Part shown: piece after piece, positions 11,925 through 25,015 of the stretch | Layout of the letters: every line of letters starts with the position of its first letter | Position numbering within the stretch: the stretch's first letter is position 1 | From: Veleropilina oligotropha | Taxonomy: Eukaryota | DNA: 48,151 bases | Direction: 5' to 3' | Assembly: GCA_048128005.1 (NCBI GenBank) | Contig: JBEUKZ010000098.1 | Location: forward strand, 186,001-234,151 | Program-made: the position numbers and the translations under genes | Notes under the pieces: generated by a model | What the model was told of the DNA's origin: nothing | The model's database searches: none | Seen by the model: the letters and a program-made list of their open reading frames with translations, nothing else

Positions 11925-13560
11925 ACTTCCCTCTCCCTGAATACACGGGAGGGTAGTAGTGGGCGGAACGGGGTAGTTAAAAGTATATATTTGGTAGTTG
12001 TGACTATTTACTACGACAACTCTTAAAATTGCCCTGATCTGAAGATCAAAGATCAGGCGATATACCGCAAAAAAACCCCGAACTGGGAACACCGAGGCCG
12101 GGTAATAACCCGGCACGACCCGGTAAAAAACCCGGCAAATTGACTAGAACAAACGGGGGTTATCTCTTAGAAATAACCGCCCAGAAAAACACCTGAAAAC
12201 CTCGTGGATGTTTTTATGTTAGTACAATGGCGTATTATCCCAGAAACGGCAGGATAACAGAAAAACGCAAGCGTGATATCTAAACGATCCTGCCTATTAA
12301 CGACGCTAGAATTTTTATACAATAATAACCAGCAATAGCGTCGTTAAGGAATTATCCAATATAATGAGTTACCTGTTTACAGTCTCAAACAATATCAGAT
12401 AAAAATACCGACCAGAAATTTCTTCTACTACACGAAACTTCCCCTCTAAGCGGCCATGCTTTTTCCCTGCAACAGCGGCGATGTCGGTTTCACTTGATGT
12501 TCACAACTTTTTCTTTGAAGTTGATAATCAGATCTTATATTCACTTGTGTTTGATATCCACAACACAGGGTATATTCCACAACTTATATTATTCTAATAT
12601 AAGCTTTATAGCGTCCTAGATTTAACGTATAAACCAGTCGGACATTCGAAATATTTGCAGAGCAAAAAACACGTCTTTCCGTCTCGGCGGAAAACTTTGA
12701 ATTGAGGTCTTGTGATCTCGAGCTCGGATATCTCGCGAGACTTGGCGAGATCTCGCCGGGGGAACTAATATAGAGCGGGAGCAGGGGAGGTGATCGTGGT
12801 ACGTTTTGACTTAATAAGTGCCTAAATGTGACTTTATTCACTGTTTCCGGTTGGCGATAATATGACTATTATGGCAAGAGTAAGGACGTAAGTAAGTTTG
12901 TAACTACATATACCACGTTTGTTCTCTTAAAAGGCAGGAGAGGGAAATCACCCCTGAGGATGGAGTGTGAAGAATGGTTCAAAGACCTTCCAGGGCCTGT
13001 TCATGAAAAATACAACAGATCATTTTTGAAATATTGAATAGACGATTTTCATCGGCCCACCCCGCCTCATATAATAATTCAGAAAGTCGGAGTTAATTAT
13101 CAGTTGATAATATATTATAATAGTTTAACGCTCCGCTATTTCAGAAAATCCTGTTTCGACACGCGTAGGCCTATAGGCCGAAATGTAGTGATCAATAGGA
13201 AATATCTAAACCATTTAACCGTTAAACGTAAAATTAGTAACACAATAAGTGTTTATTTGAGACAGCTTGTGGAGCTGAGGTCCGAATCCACAGGGGCATG
13301 TAACGCTGTTCATCGTTCGGCTGTTTCCGTTTGACGATTAGCGCAGTTCATTGACATTTGTTACCATATAATATAGACAAGGGAGGTCACTAAGGACGGG
13401 ACACATACTGTATGTACCATCCAGACGTTTCAATGCATTATTTCATTTGTCACAAGATGTTGGTTCGAATATGTCAAATTCGGGAAGAAGAGGTATATAT
13501 GCGTCCCGTTTATTTAGTTGTTGTTTACAAGAGAGACTTAGTAGATGTTTGCAAGAGGTG

Positions 13561-13946
13561 CAGGCGCGGATCCAGGGCCCCCCCCCCTCTAAATTTGGCC
13601 AAGCATACTAAAGTAATGTGTATAATCTGATACAAATGACTTTCAGAACATTATAAATAGGCTGTTTCAATGTAATAATGCATGAGGGGGGATTTCACAT
13701 CGTTAATTGCCAAACTTTTCTTGCTCGTGGGGTGCCGACCTCACGCGGACAATTCGATTATGACAAAATAAAATTTGACTCGTGCTATTTGAGTGACGGT
13801 GGTTCATAAAATGTTAGAATGAAATATCTCTTTTGCCCTGTTAGAGTGCAGGAGAGGGGGTTTCAGGCTGTTATTCTCAAAAATTTGATAGTATATTCAG
13901 CGCCCCCCCCCCCCCCCCCTAAGCGAAATTCCGGGATCCGCGCCTG
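13561..13946. mobile_element. hAT-like MITE (CAGGCGCGGATCC TIR)
   Basis: TIR CAGGCGCGGATCC / GGATCCGCGCCTG. Same family as 17172-17600. Imperfect 5-bp flank repeat AGGTG/ATGTG. Confidence 0.75.
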
Positions 13947-14213
13947 ATGTGTAAGTTAATTTTTAAATATATTGTTTGTTGAACAACCTAGTGTTAAATA
14001 CGCATAATTTGCCATTTATTCGTCATGTTATCGACTAGAGAGCAGCACACGCTGGTCATTGGTCACTATTCGAACCAACAACTTGTGACAAATGAAATAA
14101 TTCAGTGAAATGTCGGGATGGTCAACTATGTGTCCTGTCCTTAGTGACCCCCCTTGTCTATATTATATAGTAACAATGAACTGCGTTAATCGTCAAACGG
14201 AAACAGCCGAACG

Positions 14214-15521
14214 ATAAAATGATGTTATCAGTATTGTGTGGATTCTGGCACGTCGGAAACCTCGACTGAGGTCGTAGTTTTTGCGGCGGATTAATCGCGA
14301 GAACGAAGTTCGAGCGCTTAATCCGCCGTAAAAACTACGACCTCACGAGAGGTTTCCGACGTGCCAGAATCCACACAATTACTGATAACATTTTTATTAT
14401 ATGCCACAATCAATCCTGTCAATTATTATACGAAAAAATACAAACCAGTTTATGTGAAGAAATTGTCGGTTTAATTTAAATAACGTGAACTATATGACAA
14501 CGTGAAACAGTATGTATACATGTTATGCGGTTTTTATGAATGAAAGCTGGGACTACTATAAGAGGGACTGGAAGCTCTGACCAATTAGCCGACTCGCCGT
14601 CAATAATGTGGTACTCGCTATTGTTCTCGTGTTTACCGCACTGCGCATGTGCGTAGTGGACTTTGGCTTTGTGACAAGACTATTTCATCCCCAATTAGGA
14701 TAAATGCGGTAATTTATAACAGTTTGAATTCACAAAATATCTATTAAACACGAAATTCGATTAACACAACATAATTATGATAACGCATTTATATTTTCAA
14801 TTATTTTAAATTTGTACGGCGTTCAAACTAAATAAATTGCATAATTATTTTTACTAAATAAAATTAAATTCAACCAATTATTGAAAGAGATCTATGTTAA
14901 TCGTTAAATAAATTGATTGGGCAATTAAAATATAAATAAGTTCTTATGAATTTATCTTTATTACTGAATCGGAACCATATAAATGGCCCCAACTACTTTT
15001 CTAATGGTTATCAAAACAAAAGTTTATATTCAATAGGGACAATAAAGGTAGCCACTAATTGCATTTCATTCTATGTTTTGCTTTACATGTTGTTATAATG
15101 TACAAGCGGTCAGTAATTTGTCTGTGCAATAACAATTGGGACAACTTAAAGTTGACACTATAATGAAGTATTATTGAAACGGACCATGCTACCAGTTAGA
15201 CACCTTTGATAAGATAATTTAAGAAGTAAATAATTTAATTAAATCTTCGTTTTATTTCCCTGTACAATAGCCGATTCGATGTAATCGAGGGTAAATTAGA
15301 AAAATGTGAAAATATTCAAAAATAAAATGCAACAAATAAAGAAGAGAGTCCATAACAAAATGAATATCAACGCTTGACATATTTAAGAAAATTGGTCGTT
15401 TTAAAATGCAAATATGTGAAGCAGGAGACGTTTTCCGTTTCCATATCAGATGTGTCCGTGATACGGGGTCTCGGAAAACTGCGCGAGAATAGGCGTCAGA
15501 AAACGACTGGCATATAATAAA
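14214..15521. mobile_element. Non-autonomous Crypton-like element
   Basis: 170-nt near-perfect palindrome at 14222-14391 near one end. 13-bp subterminal inverted repeat TTATTATATGCCA (14394-14406) / TGGCATATAATAA (15508-15520). ATAAA direct repeat at both junctions. It interrupts the TIR of the P-like element. Confidence 0.62.
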
Positions 15522-16312
15522 CAGCGTTACATGCCCCTGTGTCCGAATCAGTATAAGATGTGAATGAGCCGAGATTATAATCAATGAGGTTGAGGTTCCG
15601 AATCAGCAGGAGTTCGAAGTAGCCGGTATTCATATATAGGTCGACTGATGTCCTGATTCATGAGTGAATCTGTCGTTCACGTACCCTATTACTTATAGCA
15701 TCAATGTCGCCCGCATATATATAAATATGTACACACATAATATAACAAACGTGACGTAATATATAATTTAAATTATATGCTATTAATCAACCCTTCAAAT
15801 GTTCGTTTCGTTTCGTTCGCCGTTTCGTAGTCTGATTAAAAGTTTGCATGGAAGTTTGCTCCGCCGATTACACTAAGCCATAAAAAAGCACCGCTGAAAC
15901 CGTTGCCCGCAGTGAAATAAAGTCCATTCGACTGCAGCCATTTTGGTTGTAACGCGTACATTATTGTTTCGGCCCAATATGTAGCGTCGTTCTTTTCGTC
16001 GAAACACACAGACTTTTCGTCAAATATTAAAAAAATATTTATTTAAATTGCATGCGATGTCACATTATTGTAAAATAGTACACCAGTAATAATGTTGCAG
16101 CTCAACTTTCCATGATGTCCAAGTTATAACTTCGTCAGTTCCCAACTTGACAAAATTTCCTGTTTTATTCGTAGGCGCTCCAGGGACCACGTCTATAATT
16201 TTGTTTGGAAAAATTGCAAAGTTTCTCTAACTTTGGCTAACTGGCAAAAATACATTTGCGGTCTAGGGTTTAAAATTAAAAGCATTTTTCGCTACTTACG
16301 GGCAATACATCT

Positions 16313-18109
16313 TTAATATATAATAATTTCTTTTCATATTTGCATGTGTGTAAAAGTAAATTGCGTTCATATGACCAAATTTGCACACCATGCAAATAAT
16401 TAAATACATACCGTTTGTAAATGTAAAACTACATTTGCATCTGGGCCTGACCAAGTGCAAATTTACATACCCTTTACACACCATGTAATTTACACATAAT
16501 ATGCAAATGCGTTCATATGACGTATGTATACATGTGTGTAATATTTACATACCTATGTAAATTACACAGGTAATACTTATTATAGCCATGTTCATGCATT
16601 GATTTACATAGGTATACAAATACATATAATTATATGTGTAAATGTACCTAGGTGTGCATATGCATATTACATTGCGTTCGCATGTATTTTACAAAGGGTG
16701 TATTTTATAGATGGTGTATTTTACAAATATTCGTGTATTTTCATTTTTGCTTTCACCGAAGACAAAAATAGCAATGATGCAATCACTGGATACTCCCCTT
16801 CCACCAACACAGATGTCAAAAATAGAAATGACGAAATGCAATCAATATTGACGACAAAAATAAGCCAGTGTCAAGTTACAATATAATTAAGCCCTGTTCA
16901 TATGCACCGAATTACATAGGTATGCAAAATTACATGTGTAAATCTAAATAGGTGTGCAAATGTAAATTAAATTGCGTCCAGTGTACAACTGTGCAAGGTG
17001 TATTTTACAAATATTCATGTATTTTCACTTTCGCTTTCACCGAAGACAGAAATAGCAATGATGCAAGCACTGGATACTCCCCTTCCACCAACACAGATGT
17101 CAAAAATAGAAATGATGAAATGCAACCAATATTGAAAACAAAAATAAGTCGGTGTCAGTTTAATATATAATCAGGCGCGGATCCAGGGGGGGGGGGGGCG
17201 CACCCGGCGCGCGCCCCCCCTAAAGTTGGCCAAGCATACTAAAATAATATGTATAATCTGATACAAATGACATATAAATAGGCTGTTGCAATGTAATAAT
17301 GCAAGAGGGGGGATTTCACATCGTTAATTGTCAAAATTTTCTTGCGCGTGGGGCGCCGACCCTACGTGGACAATTCGATTATGACAAAATAAAATTAAAA
17401 TTTGACTCGTGCTATTTGAGTGACGGTGGTTCATAAAAAGTTAGAATGAAATATCGCTTTTGCCCTGTCAGAGTGCAGGAGAGGGGGTTTCAGGCTGTTG
17501 ATTCTCAAAATTTTCTGTCGCGTGGGGCCCCGCCCCCACGCGAACAGTTGATAGTAAATTCGGCGCCCCCCCCTAAACGAAATTCCTGCATCCGCGCCTG
17601 ATAATAATGTTTTTCCATATTTGCAAGTGTGTGTAAAATTAAATTGTGTTCATATGACCAAATTTGCACACCATGCAAATATACATACAGCGTGTAAATG
17701 TAAAATTGCAAATTTACACACCCTTTACACACCATGTAATTTACACATGTATGCAAATGCGTTCATATGACGTATATACATATATGTGTAATATTTACAT
17801 ACCTATGTAATATACACGGGTATGTCATTCGGTGCACAGGGCTATATGAACAGGGCTATAATAATTATTTTCCATAATTGCATGTGTGTATAAGTAAATT
17901 GCGTTCATATGACCAAATTTACACACCAAGCAAATATGCATACTATATTTAAATGTAATATTACATTTGCATCTGGTCCTGACCAAGTGTAAATTTACAC
18001 ACCATGTAATTTACACATGTATGCAAATGCATTCATATGACGTATATACATGTGTGTAATATTTACATACCTATTACAGGTATGTAATTCTGTGAATATG
18101 AACAGGGCT
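16313..18109. repeat. Cluster of three tandem/nested copies of an AT-rich MITE (AGCCCTGTTCATATGCAC TIR); first half of copy 1 at ~4342-4540
   Basis: Block TTTCACCGAAGACAGAAATAGCAATGATG...CCACCAACACAGATGTCAAAAA occurs at ~4430, ~16750 and ~17035. Its downstream half occurs at ~16330, ~17615 and ~17870. TIR ends at 16890, 17857 and 18109. Confidence 0.72.
17172..17600. mobile_element. hAT-like MITE with 5-bp TSD
   Basis: TIR CAGGCGCGGAT / ATCCGCGCCTG with TSD ATAAT (17167-17171, 17601-17605). Internal sequence matches 13561-13946. Confidence 0.82.
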
Positions 18110-19813
18110 TACGTAATTCTGCGCATATGAACGACACTAATAGGTGGGAAGATTACGTGCTTTTTTGGCTATTTTATTTGGACATATATATTAGCTCCGA
18201 TCCATCCCGCAGATCTGAATGGGTACCTGGTTGGCAGCTAGTATGTAATTCACAGCACTATCACCGCATATCAAATGTAATGCTAGATCTAGAGAAAGTT
18301 AAGTACTACTAGGAATCTCGCTCGAAACGTGCTAATGGCCTTTGAGGTAATTGTGAAGTTGTATGATCATGTATATATAACATTATGTATTTATGATGCC
18401 AATGCCGCATGGGCTCATCATGTGGGTTAATAATAAACTTGCACCATTAGATTTAACATCATGTTATAATTATCATAAACTGGAGGAATTATTAACATAT
18501 TTATTATTCAAATAAAAATTATGAAATTACTAAATGGAATTCAATATATAGCCAGAGACTTTTCTCAGCTATTAAATAGACATAATTATGATTAATATTA
18601 ACGTGTTATATTGGTCATAGCAGCTGCTGCTTTTCGCAATATAACTGTGCATTAGATAAATCAAACGCACCACATGTGCCGCTGACAGATCTGAAAATTC
18701 ATCTGCCAACATGACATGCAATAAATACAGCATATGTTCACTGGAGGATGACGCACGACACTTGCCACATCGAATAATTAAAAGAAAATTTAACAAGGCA
18801 AGCATATTGTGCAAACATCAACAATCGGTTACGACTTTAATTACACAATAGCAATACAATACAACAAAGGTAAAAACAATATCATATTCCTATTCCACGA
18901 TTCTTCTAGATCAGTTCAACCAAATACAATGAAAATACAGAAACAATATATATAAGATATCAATACTTCAGTGAAAATTGATACCAATTAATAAAAGAAA
19001 TTAACAAAATGATAGAATATATGGTTTGGAAAGTCATGCATGCAATATTAAAAATATCGAATGATGCAATATGAGATACTTAAACATATTGTTGGACTAT
19101 TTGTTTTTTCTACTTATTCAACATGTTGGAAAACATCCATTATTCATGACACGGTATCAAATAACTATTATTATATTGGTAATATATCCCACTAAGATTA
19201 TTCCAAATAACATTTGTTTATGATCAGCATTATACCGTTCCTAGACATTCTGAATACAAGTCAATGACTCATGTAGAATAACATTCACATATTTATCAAT
19301 AATACATTAAAAGCTACACAAGACCCTTAAAAACTATTATTTATTTATACACACGGTCTAGATGTTTGCTAACATAAAAGTTCACAAATTCATAAAATAT
19401 GCAGCAACACAATATGCATATTACACTAATTACATACATATAGCTTCGCCGAAGTTGCCAAGTCCAAATTAACGAAATATTTTAATCATTAAGACGTAAA
19501 AGAAAGGTATGTATGCCATGTTAGAAAACACGGACAACATACAGATGGTTCGATAAAGTTTCACTAATTATAGGCAGTTAACAAAATGGTGCTCTACTGG
19601 TTGGAAAATATATCACATATACCGGTAGTGCGATACGAGTAGTTTATGTTATATTTCATCAGAATAAATAAGGGACTAAATGTTAACTTTTATTATTTAT
19701 TTACCATGAAAATGGACATGAACAGCAAGTATATCCTCGAGCTCCCTTTCATTGTCATATTTATGTCTTGACCTTTTTGTGAAAAAAAAGACATTATCAA
19801 ATGGTGCGTGCGC

Positions 19814-20201
<388 letters not shown>

Positions 20202-21306
20202 CAGAGGCGGCGGAACCGGGGGGGCCAGGGGGGGCCGGGCCCCCCCAATACAAATATCTAGGGGCCCAAGTATTAAATTAATAACGTATTACAAGTAGGG
20301 AGAAATATTTCAAATACGACAATCAAGATTTCAATGCTTTGAAGATTGTGCGAATGGGTGCAGGGGCGTCGCGACAGTTAAGGGGGGTATTTACCCCTCT
20401 AATATTTTTGAAGCAAGTACCCTCGCATAAGCTGAATGCTAACGTCATCACACTATCACAATCTTTGCCATGGTCGATTTCGCGAATAATTATCACTTGC
20501 AAAGTTGGCCCTAGCTATTTCGTTCATAGTTTTGTAAGCGTAATCAATATAAAGACATTTCAATGCGAGATTTCCGGCATTAGCTAGACAATTGCTGCAG
20601 TTGAACAAGTTATTTCGTTATCTTATCAGCGATTCGCCATCATAATTCCTCCCTAGAACACTTGTAAACCATGCCCGTAATATAGTGTCGGTAAAAATAG
20701 TATTGAACAAACGAAGTACGTAGTAAATTTATATTCCAGAATGCAGCAAAATATGTGGGATAGTACTATTATTATCGAATATTTTAACATGTTTTTAATA
20801 ATTTCTCCTCTCCAAACATGAAATTTTGAGGCAAAAAAAATGTCAATTTTTGTCCTATAATGCAGGAGAACGCTTTTCAGAGCTTCTAAATTAAAAAAAT
20901 CTTGGGGTGCATGCCCCCAAACCCCCCTAGATGTTCGCGGCATACGGCCGCTCACGCTGCCTTGGTTAAAGATACCCCCCTAACATGGTGGTAAGGCAAA
21001 GAGTCTTGTTTAGGGCAGGGGCGGATCCACGGTACCGGCCACCTACGCCCGGGCGGTAGTCAGATTTTATAGCAAATGTGTGAAAAATCCAAAATTAAAA
21101 TTTAATGATATTATTAAAATCGGAAGCTTCAGATTGCTTAAAAGGCATCAAAAACACTAAAATTTTCTGGTGGGGCCCTAGTGCCCCAAACCCCAAGCCG
21201 ATTAGGAGTATGTTCATGCATTCAATCCATAGGGCAGTAGTCAAACATATTGTCTGGATCCGCCCCTGTAGGGCCCCCCAATGTGAAAATCGTTCCGCCG
21301 CCTCTG
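20202..21306. mobile_element. hAT-like MITE with 5-bp TSD inserted in microsatellite
   Basis: TIR CAGAGGCGGCGGAAC / GTTCCGCCGCCTCTG with TSD CATAT (20197-20201, 21307-21311). Confidence 0.8.
21016..21268. mobile_element. Nested hAT-like MITE with 5-bp TSD
   Basis: TIR CAGGGGCGGATCCA / TGGATCCGCCCCTG with TSD TAGGG (21011-21015, 21269-21273). Confidence 0.85.
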
Positions 21307-21376
21307 CATATACATATACATATACATAGACATAGACATAGACATAGACATAGACATATATATATATATATATATA

Positions 21377-22457
21377 CAGGGCTTGCGATATAAGGCGCGC
21401 GATCGCTCCGGTGTGACATCGCTCGCCTCGATGTAATTTTAGGTGAGTGATTATCGCGCGCCTTGAGCATTTTAGGTGCGCGATAGCGATTTACTTAAAT
21501 TGCCGTTAATAACATGAACTCATGCACCCATCGCAGGTGTGTCTTTTCTGATAAAGTACGTGAAAATATCATGTGTTTTCATAAATTACGTCTATTTTCC
21601 TGTTTAATGTTGTAATGTGTAGGCCTAAACGTCGCTATCAAGTATCGCCCGTTCCACTTTCTGTCCATTGCGATGACAACACCTGCGCATTGTTTTAGAG
21701 CAGCGCCACTAGACGCACTTCCTCCCAACAGCAGCCGAACTTGACATGTAAAGTGTTACCGCGTGCTCTCGTTTAATTGTACTCGCATTAGTGTGCGTTA
21801 CGTGAATGTCGAAAGAGGCCAAAGGGAACTTTGTTCAATGCAGTACTTTCTGTCCATGGAATGTTAGCGAAATATTATTTATTTTCCCGCTCGTACCCAG
21901 AGTTATCCCCCCTGCTCTCAAATAGAAAAGAGCAAGTTTTCTTTTACAATGTAGAATAGCGAAATCACGTTTCTGCGAAGGAGAGTTGGGCGGCAAATGA
22001 AAGGACCCGGAAATTCCGCATCTATTTATAGCACAACTCATGAATACATTGATTGGTTTCAAATTTTGTAATGTTATTGTTTACAACAATAATGATAATC
22101 ATGCTAATAAAGTATCAACATCATGCGAACAAACATTGTGACATTTGTCATAGTATCATAATTTATTTTTTATACTTTTAAATTGGTATACATATTACAA
22201 TAATGAATTGATACATGAACTATCATATTCACTTAGTAACAGAGATACAGAGATTGGTCAGTTATTTCCCAAGTCAAATTGGATAATGCTTTTCATAATA
22301 TTCCCACCTATATTACTGTGGTTAAGACACTGTGCTACGATTTATGATTGATAACTCCAGCATTCTGACATAACACAGTTCACGTTGCTATCACTCTCCT
22401 AAAAAAATTGAGGAGAGTGATTATCACTTTCCTGCATATTACAAACCGCAAGGCCTG
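21377..22457. mobile_element. Non-autonomous hAT-like element in a (TA)n tract
   Basis: Ends CAGGGCTTGCG...CGCAAGGCCTG flanked by (TA)n on both sides. The subterminal motif GAGTGATTATC recurs near both ends. Confidence 0.6.
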
Positions 22458-23546
22458 TATATATATATATATATATATCATTATATCCGTCGATTTATTT
22501 GAAAACTACCGGACCAATTATAATTGATCTATACATTCCCAAGACTATTTGTAGGTCGTGTATATATCTTTCATTACAAAATTTTGTAAAATATGCTTTT
22601 TATAGGCATTTTTATGCCTAATTGCTATGGTAACTAGGTCTAAGCAAAGTTATGATGTCTATGACGTCATTATTAGTGTGACACAATTATGACATCATAA
22701 TTTGTGGCATCATATAATTAAATTGTCATCTGTCAGAAAATCTTGAGTTGGAAGTAAATATTTACATTGTGTGAATGTTAGATTGTATACTGTAATCACA
22801 TTTAACGTACACTAATATACAACAGACGGTCCATTGGCAGACAAAGGTCAAGACATAATCCGAACGTGTCGTTCTTGTTAAACTACAAAATTTGCGGCGG
22901 TAACGTTCATGAAATAAATAAAGAGACAACACTGTGATGTCTAACAAGAAAATTATAATTTTCAAATTCAATTTTGCATTTCAATATATAATAGCTAATA
23001 ATATAAACACATTGATCTTATGAATGGATAATAAATATTTCATGGTTATAGAAATGCTGAGACGTATCGCAGATCGGTTATTCCCCATGTCTCTCAGCAT
23101 CAGCTGCCGTATGGTAGTGATGAACAAAACAAGTTCAGGTCGTCTATCATTATGACGCAGAATCATATATTGCAATATTGATGAGCGCTCAGCGTTTTGT
23201 TACCGCTCAAGGCAGGCCTGGCTCACCCGCATCGTCGAGAGAGCAAAAGTGCAACAATTAACGGCAATCCGCGTCAGGTATATGATGATGCGTTCTGACA
23301 TGTCGGCTAATCACAGGCTCCGCAGTGAGAGGCAGCTGGGACTAGATCAGAAGGGACGCGCCACGACATGCAAAGACTGCCACGCATTGATCAAAATATG
23401 ACGACTCATTCTTCCTGGAGCAAGATAATGAATACTTCAATGTTATAGATACAATTAAGAGAGAAGATAAAAAGCTAAATTTTATAGTCTCATCTATCCA
23501 CCTGCTCACACGACTTCAAAATTTACTTCTCTGCTTATACTGGCCA

Positions 23547-24078
23547 GTTCTACTCAAATGAACATAATGCCTGTTCTACAGAAATGAACATAATGCCTGT
23601 TCTACTCAAATGAACATAACGCCTGTTCTACAGAAATGAACATAACGCCTGTTCTACTCAAATGAACATAACGCCTGTTCTACAGAAATGAACATAACGC
23701 CTGTTCTACTCAAATGAACATAACGCCTGTTCTACAGAAATGAACATAACGCCTGTTCTACTCAAATGAACATAATGCCTGTTCTACAGAAATGAACATA
23801 ACACCTGTTCTACTCAAATGAACATAATGCCTGTTCTACAGAAATGAACATAATGCCTGTTCTACTCAAATGAACATAACGCCTGTTCTACAGAAATGAA
23901 CATAATACCTGTTCTACAGAAATGAACATAATGCCTGTTCTACTCAAATGAACATAACGCCTGTTCTACTCAAATGAACATAATGCCTGTTCTACAGAAA
24001 TGAACATAACGCCTGTTCTACTCAAATGAACATAACGCCTGTTCTACAGAAATGAACATAATGCCTGTTCTACAGAAA
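23547..24078. repeat. 26-bp minisatellite, ~20 copies, two mostly alternating variants
   Basis: Unit GTTCTAC(TC/AG)AAATGAACATAA(T/C)GCCT repeated with period 26. Confidence 0.97.
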
Positions 24079-25015
24079 CTCTGATCACATTAACATCATT
24101 GATTTTCAAACATGGATTTATAAGGAAACAGACCATAAAAAACTTGTTTGAATAAAGGTTCCATTTTGTAATCCAAATCTTTATTTAATTCAAAATAATA
24201 AATGATTGCGACATGTGCATACTTTTCTAACTTTACAATTACTAAGAATCTGGATATCATCTTTTACACTCGAAAGCACTATACAGATAGTACACCCGCA
24301 CAATACTACCACAAATGTATATTAAATTAAAACAATAACAATTTGTAATATATTAATTAATAGTCTTCACAACTAGATAATTAGTTATATATCAATCCCT
24401 TGAGGCATATGCATATTATAGATTTCTGTCATTCCAACCTTAGATCAAGAAGAACATACCATATTTCTCAATGAGATGCCCGGGGCGGCCCTAGCTGGCA
24501 TATATCTATCTATTATTTCAGGTCATAATTTAATTATTAGTGTGTACATTAATAACAGTATATAAATATATTGCCCTAAAATGATGTCCCGAAGCCTATA
24601 TTAGTAAATTATAAATGTCATGTGACATAAAACTCTATCTGTGAACATATAGGAAAGGAGACGATCTTAATGAAATATTGATTCCTTTAATAATTAAATG
24701 ATGTAAAATACATGATATCTAATACTAATTAATATTCAATGATTAGTTGACGGTATAGATCAGTAAAAGTAATCTGTGTGTATAGAGCTTTATTTAGTTA
24801 TAAACATGTACATTATATGATCAATTATTAATGAGATGTATTGTCCCATTTTAACACATATCACGGTCGTACCAGGACAAGGTCAAGTTATCGCTGAGGT
24901 CAGCCAGGTCACCCGGGAAAACCCGCCTGCACCCGTCAGTAACCACCGAGACTCCACAGAGCGTCGAGACGATTCGACCCCTGCTACTGCGAAACGGCAC
25001 AATCAGCACGCCTAA

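Larger units (their letters stand above)
5556..12911 (-). mobile_element. DIRS1-like tyrosine-recombinase retrotransposon, copy A (coding-decayed)
   Basis: ITRs 5593-5792 / 12693-12894 and ICR 5853-5942. Colinear with copy B across gag, RT/RNaseH/MT and YR, but every ORF is broken by indels. Confidence 0.96.
13289..15541. mobile_element. Non-autonomous DNA transposon, CACAG...CTGTG termini, 8-bp TSD (P-element-like)
   Basis: TSD TCCGAATC at 13281-13288 and 15542-15549. TIRs are ~180 bp (13289-~13470 vs ~14068-14213 plus 15522-15541); the right TIR is split by a later insertion. Confidence 0.78.
4656..15879. mobile_element. Non-autonomous DNA transposon with ~250-bp TIRs and 8-bp TSD (MULE/MuDR-like)
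   Basis: Inverted repeats 4656-~4910 and ~15638-15879 (GGCTTAGTGTAATCGGCGGAGCAAACTT...AAGTTTGCTCCGCCGATTACACTAAGCC). Direct repeat ATAAAAAA at 4648-4655 and 15880-15887. The superfamily is inferred from termini only. Confidence 0.75.
4541..16312. mobile_element. Non-autonomous Kolobok-like DNA transposon, expanded by nested insertions
   Basis: TIRs AGATGTATTGCCCGTAA (4541) / TTACGGGCAATACATCT (16312), flanked by TTAA (4537-4540, 16313-16316). RR..YY ends with TTAA TSD fit Kolobok. The paralogous MITE near 17150 shows the empty site (gtgtcagtTTAAtatataat). Confidence 0.8.

Noticed and set aside
23227..23301. Minus-strand ATG-to-GTGAG mini-exon (MSERIIIYLTR...)
   Set aside because: The phase 0 donor is incompatible with the phase 2 acceptor at 3446, and there is no family similarity.
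23547..24078. CRISPR-like array
   Set aside because: The units are contiguous with no unique spacers, there are no cas genes, and the context is eukaryotic. It is a minisatellite.
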